Source: Octopus sinensis
Taxonomy: Eukaryota
Assembly (NCBI RefSeq): GCF_006345805.1
Contig: NW_021835354.1
Location: forward strand, 1-43,015
Direction: 5' to 3'
Length of the DNA: 43,015 nt
Positions 21,845 to 35,975 of the stretch are shown here, piece after piece. Each line of letters opens with the position of its first letter. Position 1 is the stretch's first letter. The notes beneath the pieces are model-generated. The model saw only the letters and a list, made by a program, of their open reading frames with translations, made no database searches and was not told the DNA's origin. The position numbers were made by a program, and so were the translations under genes.

Positions 21845-23124
21845 ATACAAAATACACATTAAGTGAAAACTAAATACAACACTTTAAACTATATACATTA
21901 AATCAGATTATTAATTAATTTATTTATTTAATAAATATCCAAATAAATTCTAATACTGATGAAGCAATTAATACTAAAAACCTTAATATTAATTAATATA
22001 CGCACATTTTCTATATATATGATTAATATACGTCGCATTTAACATGAGTGCGTTCGCACGTTCGTTACCTACGTTAGGCCAATGACTGATAAGTATATGT
22101 GTGTGACAGTGTATGTGTCTGTCACTATACTTACATTATTGTGACGCCCGACAGACACAGGGACAGAGATAGGCTTCAGGTGTTCGTTAATGCATGTGTG
22201 TGTGTGTGTGTGTGTGTATGTGTGTCTTAGTTTATGTATGTAACTTTCTCCCGCCCAACAGTGAAACGCGCTGATATTGAAAGTCTAGTTGCCTCTTGGA
22301 CTTGAAACGAACACCAGCGTCCACTTTGAAGTACTACCAACATGAAGATTTGGCAGATTTAACACCACTCACAAAACTCGCAAATATATCTGAAAAAATG
22401 TTATTCTGGTTATTATAACAAATTCGGAAACTTGGCAAAGTAGAAAGCCTTAGCAGCTCTTTCAGTATAATTACAGAAATGTTATTCCGCTCCTTCTAAC
22501 CTGTTTCAAGATAATTTTTTAACAGTCCTCCCAAGCTTCTCCACCACTGTGCGTATCGACGTCACAAAACCTTTTTACTGCGTTAGTCAGAATTTATTAT
22601 ACAGCCTATAACGTTACACAGTTAAAAAAAATATGTAGTAATGTCAAATCAATTTATATTTCGCTACATTCATCCTTCAGCAAATATTTTAAATTAACGT
22701 TACAACAACAGCATCTTCCTTTTTATCCACTTGGTTCAGCGTTCGTTTCAAAATTGTAAAATAAATTATTCTTGTATGAAAAATTGAATTATGCCTTCTG
22801 AATGTTTTTGGGCTTTCACTTTCTTCACCGTCATATTCAATCTTGAATTTTATAGCATTTAGTACATGTTCCAAAAAATGTTGATTTTCTGTATTTTGTT
22901 ACAAAGGTGACGCATACTATTGCTAAATTGGTGACTTCCCATTTTTATAGCATAACTATGCTACAGAAAGTATGTTTTGCACGTATATTGACTACATTTC
23001 GTGTCACTTGAACTTCGTATGTGTACATTTTGCTGTTTTCAATATTATCAATTCTATGAGTATATTTCTGCGTTCCTTACGTCTATCGTAAACTATAATA
23101 AAGAACATTTTATGCTGTTTTAGT

Positions 23125-23415
23125 AAGCCTACGTCTAATGAAGTAGCCATCCTTATGGTTGGTGATCCCCATGAAAATCCTGATATTATCAATCGTGTTC
23201 GACATAACAACCTTAAACGTGTTTCACAGACTCATCCCTCTTATCATGCTCTCTGGTATATGCTTATTCTGTGAAATGGAGAAGATGGGTATCATTTCAA
23301 TATTTCACAGATTGAACCTGCAAGAGGAGAGCCAATTACAAACAAAAAGATGTTCTCAAATGACTTCTAATCTTACCAATTGATGTTAAGACCAGAACAG
23401 GCAAATCAATTACAC
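23125..23415 (+). mobile_element. Helitron Rep/helicase fragment
   Basis: KPTSNEVAILMVGD...DII...LKRVSQTHPSYHALWYMLIL*NGEDGYHFNI...NKK....F*SYQLMLR matches the PT.NEVA...HRSYDALQYPL.F..GEDG pattern; two stops. Confidence 0.9.
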
Positions 23416-23450
23416 TCAGATATACAAACCTACCTACCTACCTACATACC

Positions 23451-23682
23451 TATTTCTATTACTACCCACAAGGGGCTAAGCACAGAGGGGACAAACACGG
23501 ATAGACAAAAGGTTTAAGTCGATTACATCGACCCCAGTGCGTAACTGGTACTTATTTAATCGACCCCGAAAGGATGAAAGGCAAAGTCGACCTCGGCGGA
23601 ATTTGAACTCAGAACGTAACGGCAGACGAAATACGGCTACGCATTTCGCCCGGCGTGCTAACGTTTCTGCCAGCTCGACGCC
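23451..23682 (-). mobile_element. SINE family B, full length, inside (CCTA)n
   Basis: Complete head, core and tail, with (CCTA)n on both sides. Confidence 0.92.
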
Positions 23683-24218
23683 TATTTATTTCTCTACCTA
23701 CCTACCTACCTACCTACCTACCTACCTACCTACCTACCTACCAACTTACCTACCTACCTACCTATATTCATACATTAATACACCTGAGCATACAGAATTA
23801 CGAATTACTACTTCCCTATTCCAATATATCTGGAATGAAAGAAGAGTATATTATAAATTATATGATGGTTTGGTGTATTAAATAGAATGTGTTCTGCGAA
23901 TACAGAAGATGTGATTTATGTCTTTAGGAGAATATAAACATCCTATTGCAATCTTTTGTAATTTTGAGCACAATATCAGAAATGATGAATTCGTGCTGAC
24001 ACTTCTTATTAATTATTGTGAAGTATTGAATTAATAAGTAGCTAGATGCTTCTATTTCCTACATCGTGGATTTGGTGATCGCCGAGAGGAGGGCACACAT
24101 ATCAAAACTATTCAAATATTTATGAACTCGAAAATTTCATCAAAAAAGTGCTGTTTATCTTACTGACGTGAGCGTACAGGAGATATGAAAATGTCACAGG
24201 ATTTCGCCGAAGAATATA

Positions 24219-24634
24219 TGAGAGTGGCTGTGTGGTAAGTATTTTGCTAAACAACCACATGGTTCCGGGTTCAGTCCCACAGCGTGGCATCTTGGGCAAG
24301 TGTCTTCTGCTATAGCCTCGGGCCGACCAATGCCTTGTGAGTGGATTTGGTAGACGGAAACTGAAAGAAGCCTGTCGTATATATATATATATATATGTGT
24401 GTGTGTTTGTGTGTCTGTGTTTGTCCCCCTACCATTGCTTGACAACCGATGCTGATGTGTTTACGTCCCCGTCACTTAGCGGTTCGGCAAAAAGAGACCG
24501 TTAGAATAAGTACTGGGCTTACAAAGAATAAGTCCCGGGGTCGATTTGCTCGACTAAAAAAAGGCGGTGCTCCAGCATGGCCGCAGTCAAATGACTGAAA
24601 CAAGTAAAAGAGTAAAAGAGAAATAAAAGAGTAA
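24219..24634 (+). mobile_element. SINE family A, full length
   Basis: GAGTGGCTGTGTGGTAAG head, GGGTTCAGTCCC B-box-like motif, internal TA/TG tract, (GAGTAAAA)n tail. Confidence 0.92.
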
Positions 24635-24840
24635 CTGAAAATGTGGCCCTTTTTCTATTATTGTATTTCGGGAACCAATCATATTGCGACACGTGGTGAG
24701 CCTATTATATCTCGATGTGATTTCTAATATCGTTGTTTATATAATGTTACGCTTCATTATTTTCAACGAGAGAAAAATCCAGGGTAAGTCAAACTCAGCA
24801 AGACGACTAAAGCGTTTCAGCTTTTAGTAATTTGCATATA

Positions 24841-25074
24841 CTTTTACTTTTTTTACTTTTACTTTTACTTGTTTCAGTCATTTGACTGCGGCTATGCTGG
24901 AGCACCGCCTTTAGTCGAGCAAATCGACCTCCCGAGACTTATTCTTTTGTAAACCCAGTATTTATTCTATCGGTCTCTTTTTGCCGAACCGCTAAGTGAC
25001 GGGGACGTAAACACACCAGCATCGGTTGTCAAGCAATGCTAGGGGGACAAACAGACACAACAAAACACATACCA

Positions 25075-25110
<36 letters not shown>

Positions 25111-25319
25111 CCACACACACACACCACACACCACACAATATATATATATATATAAAGACAGGCTTCTTTCAGTTTCCGTCTACCAAATCCACTCACAAGG
25201 CTTTGGTCGGGCCCGGGGGCTATAGCAGAAGACACTTACCCAAATGCCACGCAGTGGGACTGAACCCGGAACCATGTGGTTGGTAGCAAGCTACTTACCA
25301 CACAGCCACTCCTGCACCT
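24841..25319 (-). mobile_element. SINE family A, full length, inverted relative to 24219-24634
   Basis: Same head, body and tail on the minus strand. Confidence 0.92.
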
Positions 25320-25469
25320 ATATTTAGAAATAAATGCAATTATTTAAGCATATGTGTACATAGGTGCGTAACAGACATACACACAAGCACACGTGCCCAG
25401 GCATGGTTCTCACCGGAAGGTCGCGGTGTTGTGAAACTCAGGTTATGAGAGAAAAGGGCAGTTTCAATA

Positions 25470-25750
<281 letters not shown>

Positions 25751-26429
25751 TCCGGGGAGAGGGAAGGAACAAAGAGAGTGAGAGAAAGAGGGAAGAAGAG
25801 AGGGAGAAACAAACAGTTAGAGACACAGAGTGGATTCGAGAGAGAGAGAGAAGAGAAGAGAGAAAGGGGAAAGACGAAGAGTAAGAGAGAAAGTGGGGAA
25901 CTTAGCAGCAGGAGGAAAAGAATGACAGAAGCATTAAACCGACTGAAGTCAAATTAGTCAGCGACGTATCAGTGACGCCAAACAGGCGGCGCCCAAACAG
26001 CTGTGCCAATTTGTCTCATACCCTGATTTTATACAGCGAAAGAATAAAATAAAGGGAAAAACTAGCCAATAACGCTAGTGTATAAGAATCGGAGATTATT
26101 TTTTTCACAGTTTCTTTCTAAATGTTGGCTAAATTAATAGATAAATAGCTAGATTATTTCTCTACTAAAAACAAATGATCTTGCAAGACTAATCTTTTTT
26201 AATGGTAATTATTAACAAGCTAAATCATTAATAGCTTGATTATACCTGTAGGAAATAATTGATCTTGTAGGACTAATAGTTTTGGAGGTACTTATTAATT
26301 ATCTAATCCTTTAATAGTACTGATAAAAACCTTTTAAGTATAATTACTTAGTTTAATATCAATGTATTCATTATCTTGAAGACATCTAGTTGACAGGAGC
26401 AGTTCTGGGATATAGAGGATAAAGAACAT

Positions 26430-26491
26430 GTGTGTGTGTATGTAGTATAAGTATATGTATACACATAAATAAATATACATTATATATATAG

Positions 26492-26567
<76 letters not shown>

Positions 26568-26661
26568 TATATATGCACACATACATGTAAATTGTATAAT
26601 ATATATATGTGTATGTATATATACATACATATATATATATATATGCATATATATACATATG

Positions 26662-26702
<41 letters not shown>

Positions 26703-26906
26703 GTATATATATGTATATATATATATATGTATGTATATATGTACACCACACACATATATATATATATATACAATTTACATGTATGTGTGCATATATCTGT
26801 GTTTGTACATGTATAAATATATATATGTATATGCATATATATATATGTATATATATATATAGATATATATGTATGTATATATATATTACATGTGGTGTAT
26901 ATATGT

Positions 26907-26948
<42 letters not shown>

Positions 26949-26990
26949 TATATATTATATATATATATATAAATATACATACATACACAA
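26430..26990. repeat. TA-based low-complexity tract
   Basis: Seen directly; explains ORFs 26334-27057. Confidence 0.95.
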
Positions 26991-27145
26991 CAGCATGCGC
27001 ATACGGACGAGTATGAATGCGTGAATACATATGAATGCAATGAGTTTGTGTGTTCATGTGTTAATAGATTTTCTAAAATCTTTGTGTATGTGCATATACA
27101 GAAACAAGAGCAAAAATAGATTTTTGAGATAAAATTTCCATCTAC

Positions 27146-27300
27146 AGACATGGCTGTTTGGTAGGATTGTCGTTTCCTAACCATGTGGATTAAGATTCAG
27201 CCCCATCGTATGGCACTTTGAATGAATGCTTTCTGCTGTATCGTTGGACCTACCGAAGCCCTGTGAGTGAATTTGAAGCTGGAAAATGAAAGCTCGAAGT
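27146..27300 (+). mobile_element. Old SINE family A 5' portion
   Basis: ATGGCTGTTTGGTAGG...AACCATGTGG...GAAGCCCTGTGAGTGAATTTG. Confidence 0.65.
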
Positions 27301-27304
27301 ACAC

Positions 27305-27355
<51 letters not shown>

Positions 27356-27546
27356 GTATGCATTCCATGGACAAGAAGCCTTTTTACCATTTCTATCATT
27401 GGATAATGGAACAGTAAGTTTAACATCCAGCATATATCTTCATTTTTATTCTTATATTTCCCTTTATACTTCCCATATCTTTCCCTTTCCAAAATAACTT
27501 CTTATATTGAACTCCACTTTTTCCTTCTATTTAACTCTCTCATATC

Positions 27547-27594
27547 GTCTCTGATGATGGGATATCTTTTATATCTCTGAAACAGTTGTAAGAC
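27547..27594 (+). ncRNA. Putative minimal type I hammerhead ribozyme
   Basis: GUCU-CUGAUGA-U-GGGAUAU-CUUUU-AUAUCUC-U-GAAAC-AGUU-GUA-AGAC. Stem I is GUCU/AGAC; predicted cleavage after 27590. Confidence 0.75.
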
Positions 27595-27975
27595 TACCTT
27601 TCTCTTTATAAATTGTCCGAGAAATTTCACTCTGCCTTGGCTCTGTTGTCTCATTTTATTTAACCTATGCATACATACATACATACATAGATACATACAT
27701 ACATACATGCATACATACATACATAGATATATAGATACATAGATACATAGATACATATATATATATATATTATATATACATTATATAAAAGGGCTTAGTA
27801 AAATAAATTACTTTGCCGCATACTGAAATCATAGAAATAGCTAAAAAACTTTTTTAAAGCTATTTTTAATACTAAAGAAATCTCTCTCATATATAGTGCT
27901 GCTAATTCAACTCAAAAAGTTTGGTGTAAGGACATCGAAAAATCAAATGCTATTAATTATTTGCCCCCATGGTTG

Positions 27976-28037
<62 letters not shown>

Positions 28038-28084
28038 TGTATATATATATTTACATGTGTGTACCTATGTATGTATTTGTGTCG

Positions 28085-28266
28085 CCTGACAACTGGTATT
28101 GGTTTATCTTGCATCCCGTAACTTAGCGGTTCGGCAAAAGAAACCGTTAGAATAAGTACGTAGCTTTGAAAATTAAGCACTACAGTCTATTTTTTCGACT
28201 AAAAGCCTTCAAGAAGGTGCCTCAGTATGGCGGTTGAACAATGACTGCAATAAGTAAAAGATAAAA
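28085..28266 (+). mobile_element. SINE family A 3' portion
   Basis: CCCGTAACTTAGCGGTTCGGCAAAAGAAACCGTTAGAATAAGTAC...AAGTAAAAGA. Confidence 0.8.
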
Positions 28267-28859
28267 ACAAAAAAAAAAAAAAGAATGATATCTACGAAAA
28301 TTCTATGATTCTGGTGATCTCAAAACTGAAAATTAATAGCCAGGAAATCTGACGGGGATTCCCATTTTGGGTATTTATCCAAACCTTTTCCGTTGCAGAA
28401 TTCGAGCCGGTCATTAACTAGTTGGCAAGGCCTTTTTAGATCTTAAAAAAAAAATTCCCGGCCACCAAAATTTTTCAAATTTTCTGCTTTGTTTTAGTTT
28501 TCCATGAAAATGACGAAAATCACATTAATTCTCTCCGGAAATTAATAATAAGGGAGTTACAAGATTTTTAATTTATGTAATTTCAGCTAATCGGCAACAT
28601 CCATTGTCGACATGACGGAAGTAGCAACTGTCAGTTTCTAAAACACTTCAATCTGATTTTCATCATGAGCACGGAAAATTACAGTGTACAAAATCTGAAA
28701 AAACTCTGAATCAGTTATTTGAAAAAAAATGTGGTGTTTGGCAAAAAAATCTTAAAGGTTCGTTCTTTTGTTTCAATCAGTATAATTCATGGAGCTTGTG
28801 GTTCCCGAAATTGATTGGTGTATGCGTGTATGTGTCTTTTGTTGTATATATATATATAT

Positions 28860-28890
<31 letters not shown>

Positions 28891-29223
28891 ATATTATATG
28901 TGTGTGTTGGGTGTGTGTGTGTGTGTGTGTGTGTGTGGTGTATGTGTGTGTGTGTATGTGTGTGTGCAAATAAACTTTCACTTGTGAAATGAATAAAAGA
29001 ATATAATCAATCGTATCAGGACAATGCGAATCAGTTTGCTGCGTTCTTGTTCTGAAGAATCCCAGCATTTCTCGGCATTTGTGCCCTTCTTTTGTTAATT
29101 AACCCACTGTACTTATAATGAGAGGAAGAACTGAAAATATTTGGCCTGTATGTTATGTATGTATGTATGTATGTATGTATGTATGTATGCATGTGTGCAT
29201 ATATGTATCTATCTATCTGTCTG

Positions 29224-29274
<51 letters not shown>

Positions 29275-29295
29275 CTATCTATCTATCTATCTATT

Positions 29296-29624
29296 GTGAG
29301 CGCGCGTGGCTTAGTGGTTAGGGCATTCGGCTCATGATCGTAAGGTTGTGAGTTCGATTCCCGGCGACGCGTTGTGTCCTTGAGCAAGACACTTTATTTC
29401 ACGTTGCTCCAGTCCACTCAGCTGGCAAAAATGAGTTGTACTTGTATTTCAAAGGGTCAGCCTTGTCACTCTCTGTGTCACGCTGATTATCCCCGAGAAC
29501 TACGTTAAGGGTACACGTGTCTGTGGAATGCTCATCCATTTGCACGTTAATTTCACGAGCAAGCTGTTCCGTTGATCGTTTCAGCTGGGACCCTCGTCGT
29601 CGTAACCGGCGGAGTCTTTTTTTT

Positions 29625-29626
<2 letters not shown>
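29296..29626 (+). mobile_element. tRNA-derived SINE family C, full length, within (TCTA)n
   Basis: A-box-like TGGCTTAGTGG, B-box-like GAGTTCGATTCCC, then GTGTCCTTGAGCAAGACACTT; (TCTA)n on both flanks. Confidence 0.92.
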
Positions 29627-29655
<29 letters not shown>

Positions 29656-29656
29656 A

Positions 29657-29760
<104 letters not shown>

Positions 29761-30116
29761 GTGTTATTTTACAAATGAACAACTAGAAGGAGCGCAGTAT
29801 TGAAATAATTTTAGATATGAAAATAACAGTTTGGTTCAATAATTTTTTAAAACGACATTTTGTTTCTTTTTTGAAACTGCAATTTATGTGGTTCCACCAA
29901 ATAAATTACTAACATGTCATCGGCCTCTTACTTTGCAAGTAGAGTTTGTAGAAAAATATTAAATTTAATTATTTGTGGAATTTGAAATGTGAGTCTAAAA
30001 TCTTTTTTTGCTTGTACTAGTTGGAATTAATTTGTAATTCATAGATCTTTTACAACATCACGTGACCTGTGATAAAATATAAATATGAAATCGGCTATGC
30101 AGAATATATAGAGGGG

Positions 30117-30156
<40 letters not shown>

Positions 30157-30278
30157 CTATATATATATATATATATTTACATGCAAATATATGTATACAT
30201 GTATGTATACATTATATGTAGTTGAAATTTATAGAAAACAAAAGACGAAGACATGAGTATGAACAAGCCGGTGTATGC

Positions 30279-30339
<61 letters not shown>

Positions 30340-30449
30340 TTACTTATGTATGTATATATATATATATATTATGTGTGCATATATATATACATATATATAT
30401 ATGTATGTATGTATGTATGTATATATATATATCATGCATACATACATAC

Positions 30450-30494
<45 letters not shown>

Positions 30495-30882
30495 AGAGAG
30501 AGAAGAGAGAGAGAGAGAGAGGTGTGTGAGAGAGAGATTCGTTGCAATTAATAAATTGTTTCGGCTATGTACCGATATAAAATAATTTTCATAACAACGA
30601 GAAAAGGTACTTGGATCAATTGATAATTAATATTTGCTAATTAAATGAAATTGTAAATTACATTGTCTTATTCTATCATCATTATAAATAAGCAAAATAT
30701 AGTTCCCTAGTTCCATAAATCTTGCTGCATTTTTCGATGAATGTGAAAGATCATTGTTGTTAAATCGATCAATATTAATCTATCATGTACTCTTAATTGA
30801 TGACGTGCAACAAATTTATTTTAATGTCTAAAATAATTTCAATACCTTGCTTCTATTCGTTCATTTGTAAACTAATACACAC

Positions 30883-30935
<53 letters not shown>

Positions 30936-32042
30936 ATATATGTATATATATATTTATATATTTATATATATATATGTATATATATGGTATGTATATATAT
31001 ATATATGTATATATATATGCATATATATATATATATATTATATATATATATATGTATGTATATGTATATATATATATGTATAATCAATCATTCTTGAACA
31101 TATTTAGATTTTCGAATGTAATTGGAATTTCGTATAACTCTCTTTTGTCACGTGATACTCATAAGAATCAGTATGTGACCATATTTGGAGAAGCAAATAG
31201 TAGTTTTCCTTTTAAGGTTATGTCTTATATTTTTTGTTTACTCCCTCGTTTGTTGTTTTACAATTACTACATGTTAAGAATACGACCAAATATTTTGCAA
31301 CTTCCATTTGCCTTTCAAAGAATATTAAAGACAACTCGAAGCAGGTGTACAACATTAGGACCCACGTATGTATGTATGTATGTATGTATGTATGTATGTA
31401 TGTATGTATGTATGTATGTATGTATGTATGTATGTATGTATGTACGTACGTTCGTATGTATGCATGTATATTTGTATGTACGTACTTAACAACATACGTA
31501 ATTACATACGTACATATGTATATATTTATTTATCCATCTTTTTGTCTACCCATCCATGCATCCATCCACCTACCCACCAACCCATCACTCTCTCTCTCTA
31601 TCTCTCTCTCTATCTATCTACCTACCTATCTATCACATACATACACGCACACACGCACACACACACAGACACACACAAATACACACACAGACACACATAC
31701 ACATACGCACACACATCTATATGTATGTATATGTATTTATATTTAAGTCACAATATATGGATCCAAGTAATCCGGTGGTACTTCTTAATATATCCGTTCT
31801 ACAAAACAAATGGAATGTATAGTCCCCATACAAAAAAAGAAAAAAAGAAACGTAGCATGAATTCTTCCTTATTTCAAAAGATTCTTCTACATTTTTTATT
31901 CATGTAGATATATAAGTAATTTATTTATTATTAAATATAATAATATACATTATTCACATGTCTTAAGTTACAAAAGAATTTGTCGTTATATTTGAATTTT
32001 CTTATTAAATAAACTTTCATCAAACTATTTCACTGTCATTCA

Positions 32043-32083
<41 letters not shown>

Positions 32084-32175
32084 TATATAACATATATATA
32101 CATTTATATACATATATATACATTTATATATATATACATGTGTATATATATATGCATACATACATATATATATAC

Positions 32176-32602
32176 AGGCGCAGGAGTGGATGTGTGGTAA
32201 GTAGCTTGTTTACCAACCACATGGTTCCGGGTTCAGTCCCACTGCGTGGACATCTTGGGCAAGTGTCCTCTACAATAGCCTCGGGCCGACCAAAGCCTTG
32301 TGAGTGGATTTGGTAGACGGAAACTGAAAGAAGCCCGTCGTATAATGTATATATATATATGCGTGTGTGTGTTTGTGTGTCTGTGTGTTTTGTCCCCTAG
32401 CATTGCTTGACAACCGATGCTGGTGTGTTTATGTCCCCGTTACTTAGTGGTTCAGCAAAAGAGACCGATAGAATAAGTACTGGGCTTACAAAAGAATAAG
32501 TCCCGGAGTCGAGTTGCTCGATTAAAGGTGGTGCTCCAGTATGGCTGCAGTGAAATGAACTGAAAACAAGTAAAGAGTAAAAAGAGTAAAGAGTAAAAGA
32601 GT
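32176..32602 (+). mobile_element. SINE family A, full length
   Basis: AGGCGCAGGAGTGGATGTGTGG head through the (GAGTAAA)n tail. Confidence 0.92.
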
Positions 32603-32632
32603 ATATATAGATATATACATATATATATACAT

Positions 32633-32668
<36 letters not shown>

Positions 32669-32744
32669 ATATATAATATATACACATATATATATATATA
32701 TATACATAACACACACCACACACACACACATACATATATACATA

Positions 32745-32806
<62 letters not shown>

Positions 32807-33501
32807 GTTTTAAGTTACAAAAGAATTTGTCTTTATATTTGAATTTTCTTATTAAATAAATTATGATTTTATATATATATAATTCAGGGAAAGAGGAAAG
32901 CACTCTGCGACCTTCGAATATGCTCCGGATTGATGAGTACCATATTTTGAATTTTATATTAAAAAAAACAAAAGTCGACTTTATTTCTTTTACAAGAAAC
33001 AAATTTACGTCCATCAGTCAATCGAAACGTATTACGAATGAACATAATTAATTTTATTGGGCCACTGAAAGAAATCCGTTTAACGACTCCAAGAAAGCTG
33101 TAAAATCCATTAGGAATTATTAAAAATCAATCTTGTTTGGCCTACTTCTCTTTGTAAAATAATTTGACTTCGCTGATTCAATAATCTCGTTGAACGAAAA
33201 AAGTCTCTGCCATAGCAACAACGGACCGAAATATATATATATTTTTGCTTTGTTACAAAAGTATTGTTAACTGAACTCGTTGAATTAACCCTTTACAAGA
33301 AGCCTTATAAGTAATTTTGCAATAAAGCGCTATAGTCATTTCGCTTTCCAACGACTGTAAACCATTTTTATCTTGGGAGTTTGAAGAATAAAAAAAAAGA
33401 AGAGAACTAACCTGCATTATTATTAAGATGTATTAAGCATTATATGGGAGTGAATATTAAATCGGAAACGTGCTTGCGTACAAATATTCTGTCGGTTTGA
33501 A

Positions 33502-33564
<63 letters not shown>

Positions 33565-34044
33565 CATATATATATACATATATATACAATATATATATAT
33601 ATATACACATACATACACGCACACACATATATATACATACATATATATATATACATATATATATATACATATATATACATACACATATATATATATATAA
33701 CATAATACACACACACACACATGTATATATATTTATATATACAGAGTGAGAGAGAAGAGAGAGAGAGAGATGTTCTTTTTTATGCCGAGTTTATAATGAA
33801 ATCAATTTGACATTAAATTGAAGAATTACTCATTATTTTATGCAGAGCACATATTTATTTATTGTATTTTTTACAAGAGAGGTGACAGCAGTTACTTTGA
33901 TGTTTCGGTCTGCTAGTCTTCATTCGACGTGGGGCAGTAGGCCGAATGATCGATATGACTGTCAACCCGCCTCTTGTAAAAGTACAATATACACATACAT
34001 GTACACATATATTTATTATTCGTTATCAAGAATTATATTGATAG

Positions 34045-34680
34045 TGACCTCGAAGCTTCGCCTCACCTAGCCGCCTCATCGGGACTGCAGTATATTGGAG
34101 TCCCCCGTGACTTTATGTAGTCTCAGTTAATCTGATATTTTCTAGCTGAGGTGGAGCTTTCTTGAATGATAATTAGGTTGCAGGGTAAGTTGTGATTGAA
34201 AGGTTTCATGAAAGATTTTTAAATTTGGAGTTGTGTTATTGCCCAGAACACAGTCATACAAGTAGAACAGTGTAATCAGTTGTGTCTGTTAGCTGAGTTA
34301 GTTTCAGGTCTTGGAGTCGTTTCCAACTCCAAGAATATAATTTATATCACTAGGGCTAGTTGTTGGTTTTATTTGGACAGTAGGGGAGATTCAACATTTT
34401 GTATCTGGAATATGAAGGTTAATGTCCAGAGTTCAATCAAGTATTTAAATCTTGTAGCTAAATGTGTCTATTTAGGTGTGTCAGTTTTAGGTCATGGAAT
34501 TTCTAAGCGTTGACCAAAGAATAAGCAGGCAGAAAAGTATGTTAGTCAGCAAATTTCTTTACTTGGGTGTTATTTAGGAGACTTTATCTATTTATTTTGA
34601 AATACTTGGGGTTATCAGTCAAGTGTATGATATTCTGTGATTAGTTGGCTTGATTTAGGTGAGTCAGCTTTAGGTCATTG
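34045..34680 (-). repeat. Degenerate 183 bp triplicate ending in a decayed hammerhead-like motif
   Basis: Anchor (T/C)AGGTC ends at 34310, 34493 and 34676. Minus strand CCGATGA...GAAGC-TTCGAG-GTC at 34045-34083. Confidence 0.55.
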
Positions 34681-35489
34681 TGTAGTTAAATTTATTTACC
34701 TGGTGTTTTAATGTTCACAGATGTAGAAAGGTGTAAAAGTTAGCTGGTCTCTCTGGAATTTAATTGTTCCAGATGTTATTTGTTTATTGTTTATAAACAA
34801 ATTTAACATTTGTGTTTTAGGACGCAAAGCTGTGTATTTATAAATATCTCTTCTTTTCAGGTGTTGATATTTTTATATTTTATTTTGCACCTATGAATAT
34901 ACGCAAAAGTGGGGCGTTATAAAAATATGTGCATAGAAATAAGTATAAACATCTAAAAACACAAAAATAAACTGCTTTTATCCTTGTGTATATGCGTGTA
35001 TGTATGTGTATGTGTATGCACTTAGATTAGAAAATAATTTAAGAGTGTTTTGACTGAAAGATGGAGACCTTTTAATTAATATCTAATTACTTATTTAATG
35101 TAAAACTGTAATGTTAGGGTTTAGTATGTTATGAAGTAAGTTTGTAGTGAAGCACGAGGAGATAAAATTAGTTGAGATATTTTCATGTTTAACCGTTGGA
35201 AAATACTATTCGTTTGTAATGCGTCGCGTTTAGAAGATCTTGTGTTTTCAGGAAAAGAAAAATTCAGTATTTTGGTCTAGAATTTGATTCTATATATGAG
35301 AATGTAGTACAAAGTTGGTAGGGTTTGTTGTTACATTGTTGTGCGTATGACATTATTTTCCAATGAATACTAAACAGTGAATTTTTTCATGTTAATGCCC
35401 ATATATGTTTGGTTCATTTTTCCTATTTGGGTTGCGAAAAGTATATGTGTGTTGATTGTATAACATCTTGAACTGGTTAGCTGTAGGCC

Positions 35490-35580
<91 letters not shown>

Positions 35581-35653
35581 TATCTATCTATCTCTCGATC
35601 TATCTATCTATCTATCTATCTATTATATATCTATCTATCTATATATCTATCTA

Positions 35654-35700
<47 letters not shown>

Positions 35701-35975
35701 ATATGAGATCATGTAGGTGAAAAGGGGAAAGAAATATAATGAACTTCATTAATTCACAGCGTTTTCTGCTATATATTGCAATGCAATCATTCTCGAATGT
35801 AATGCACCTTATAGCAGAAACAGATGTAAGACAATGAAGTTCATTCCAAAATTTCTTCCCCCATTGCCATTTATATAAACTCTTATATACCTCTGAACTC
35901 CACTAATGCTCTTCTCTGCCGTATATATATCTCGAATTCTAACATCAGGTTATTAGTATCGCTATATACATATAC

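Noticed and set aside
21956-22000. CTGATGA followed by an AATTAATA/TATTAATT stem
   Set aside because: No GAAA or NUH follows; at best a truncated 5' half.
26130-26320. Degenerate dimer of about 84 bp (GATCTTG(C/T)A(A/G)GACTAAT)
   Set aside because: Too AT-rich and diverged to distinguish confidently from a chance or relic repeat.
28340-28780. MITE-like interior sequence
   Set aside because: No terminal inverted repeats or TSD could be located.
32925-33035. TTGATGAG...TCGAAACGTA as a hammerhead
   Set aside because: About 90 nt separate the motifs, with no coherent stem II or stem I.
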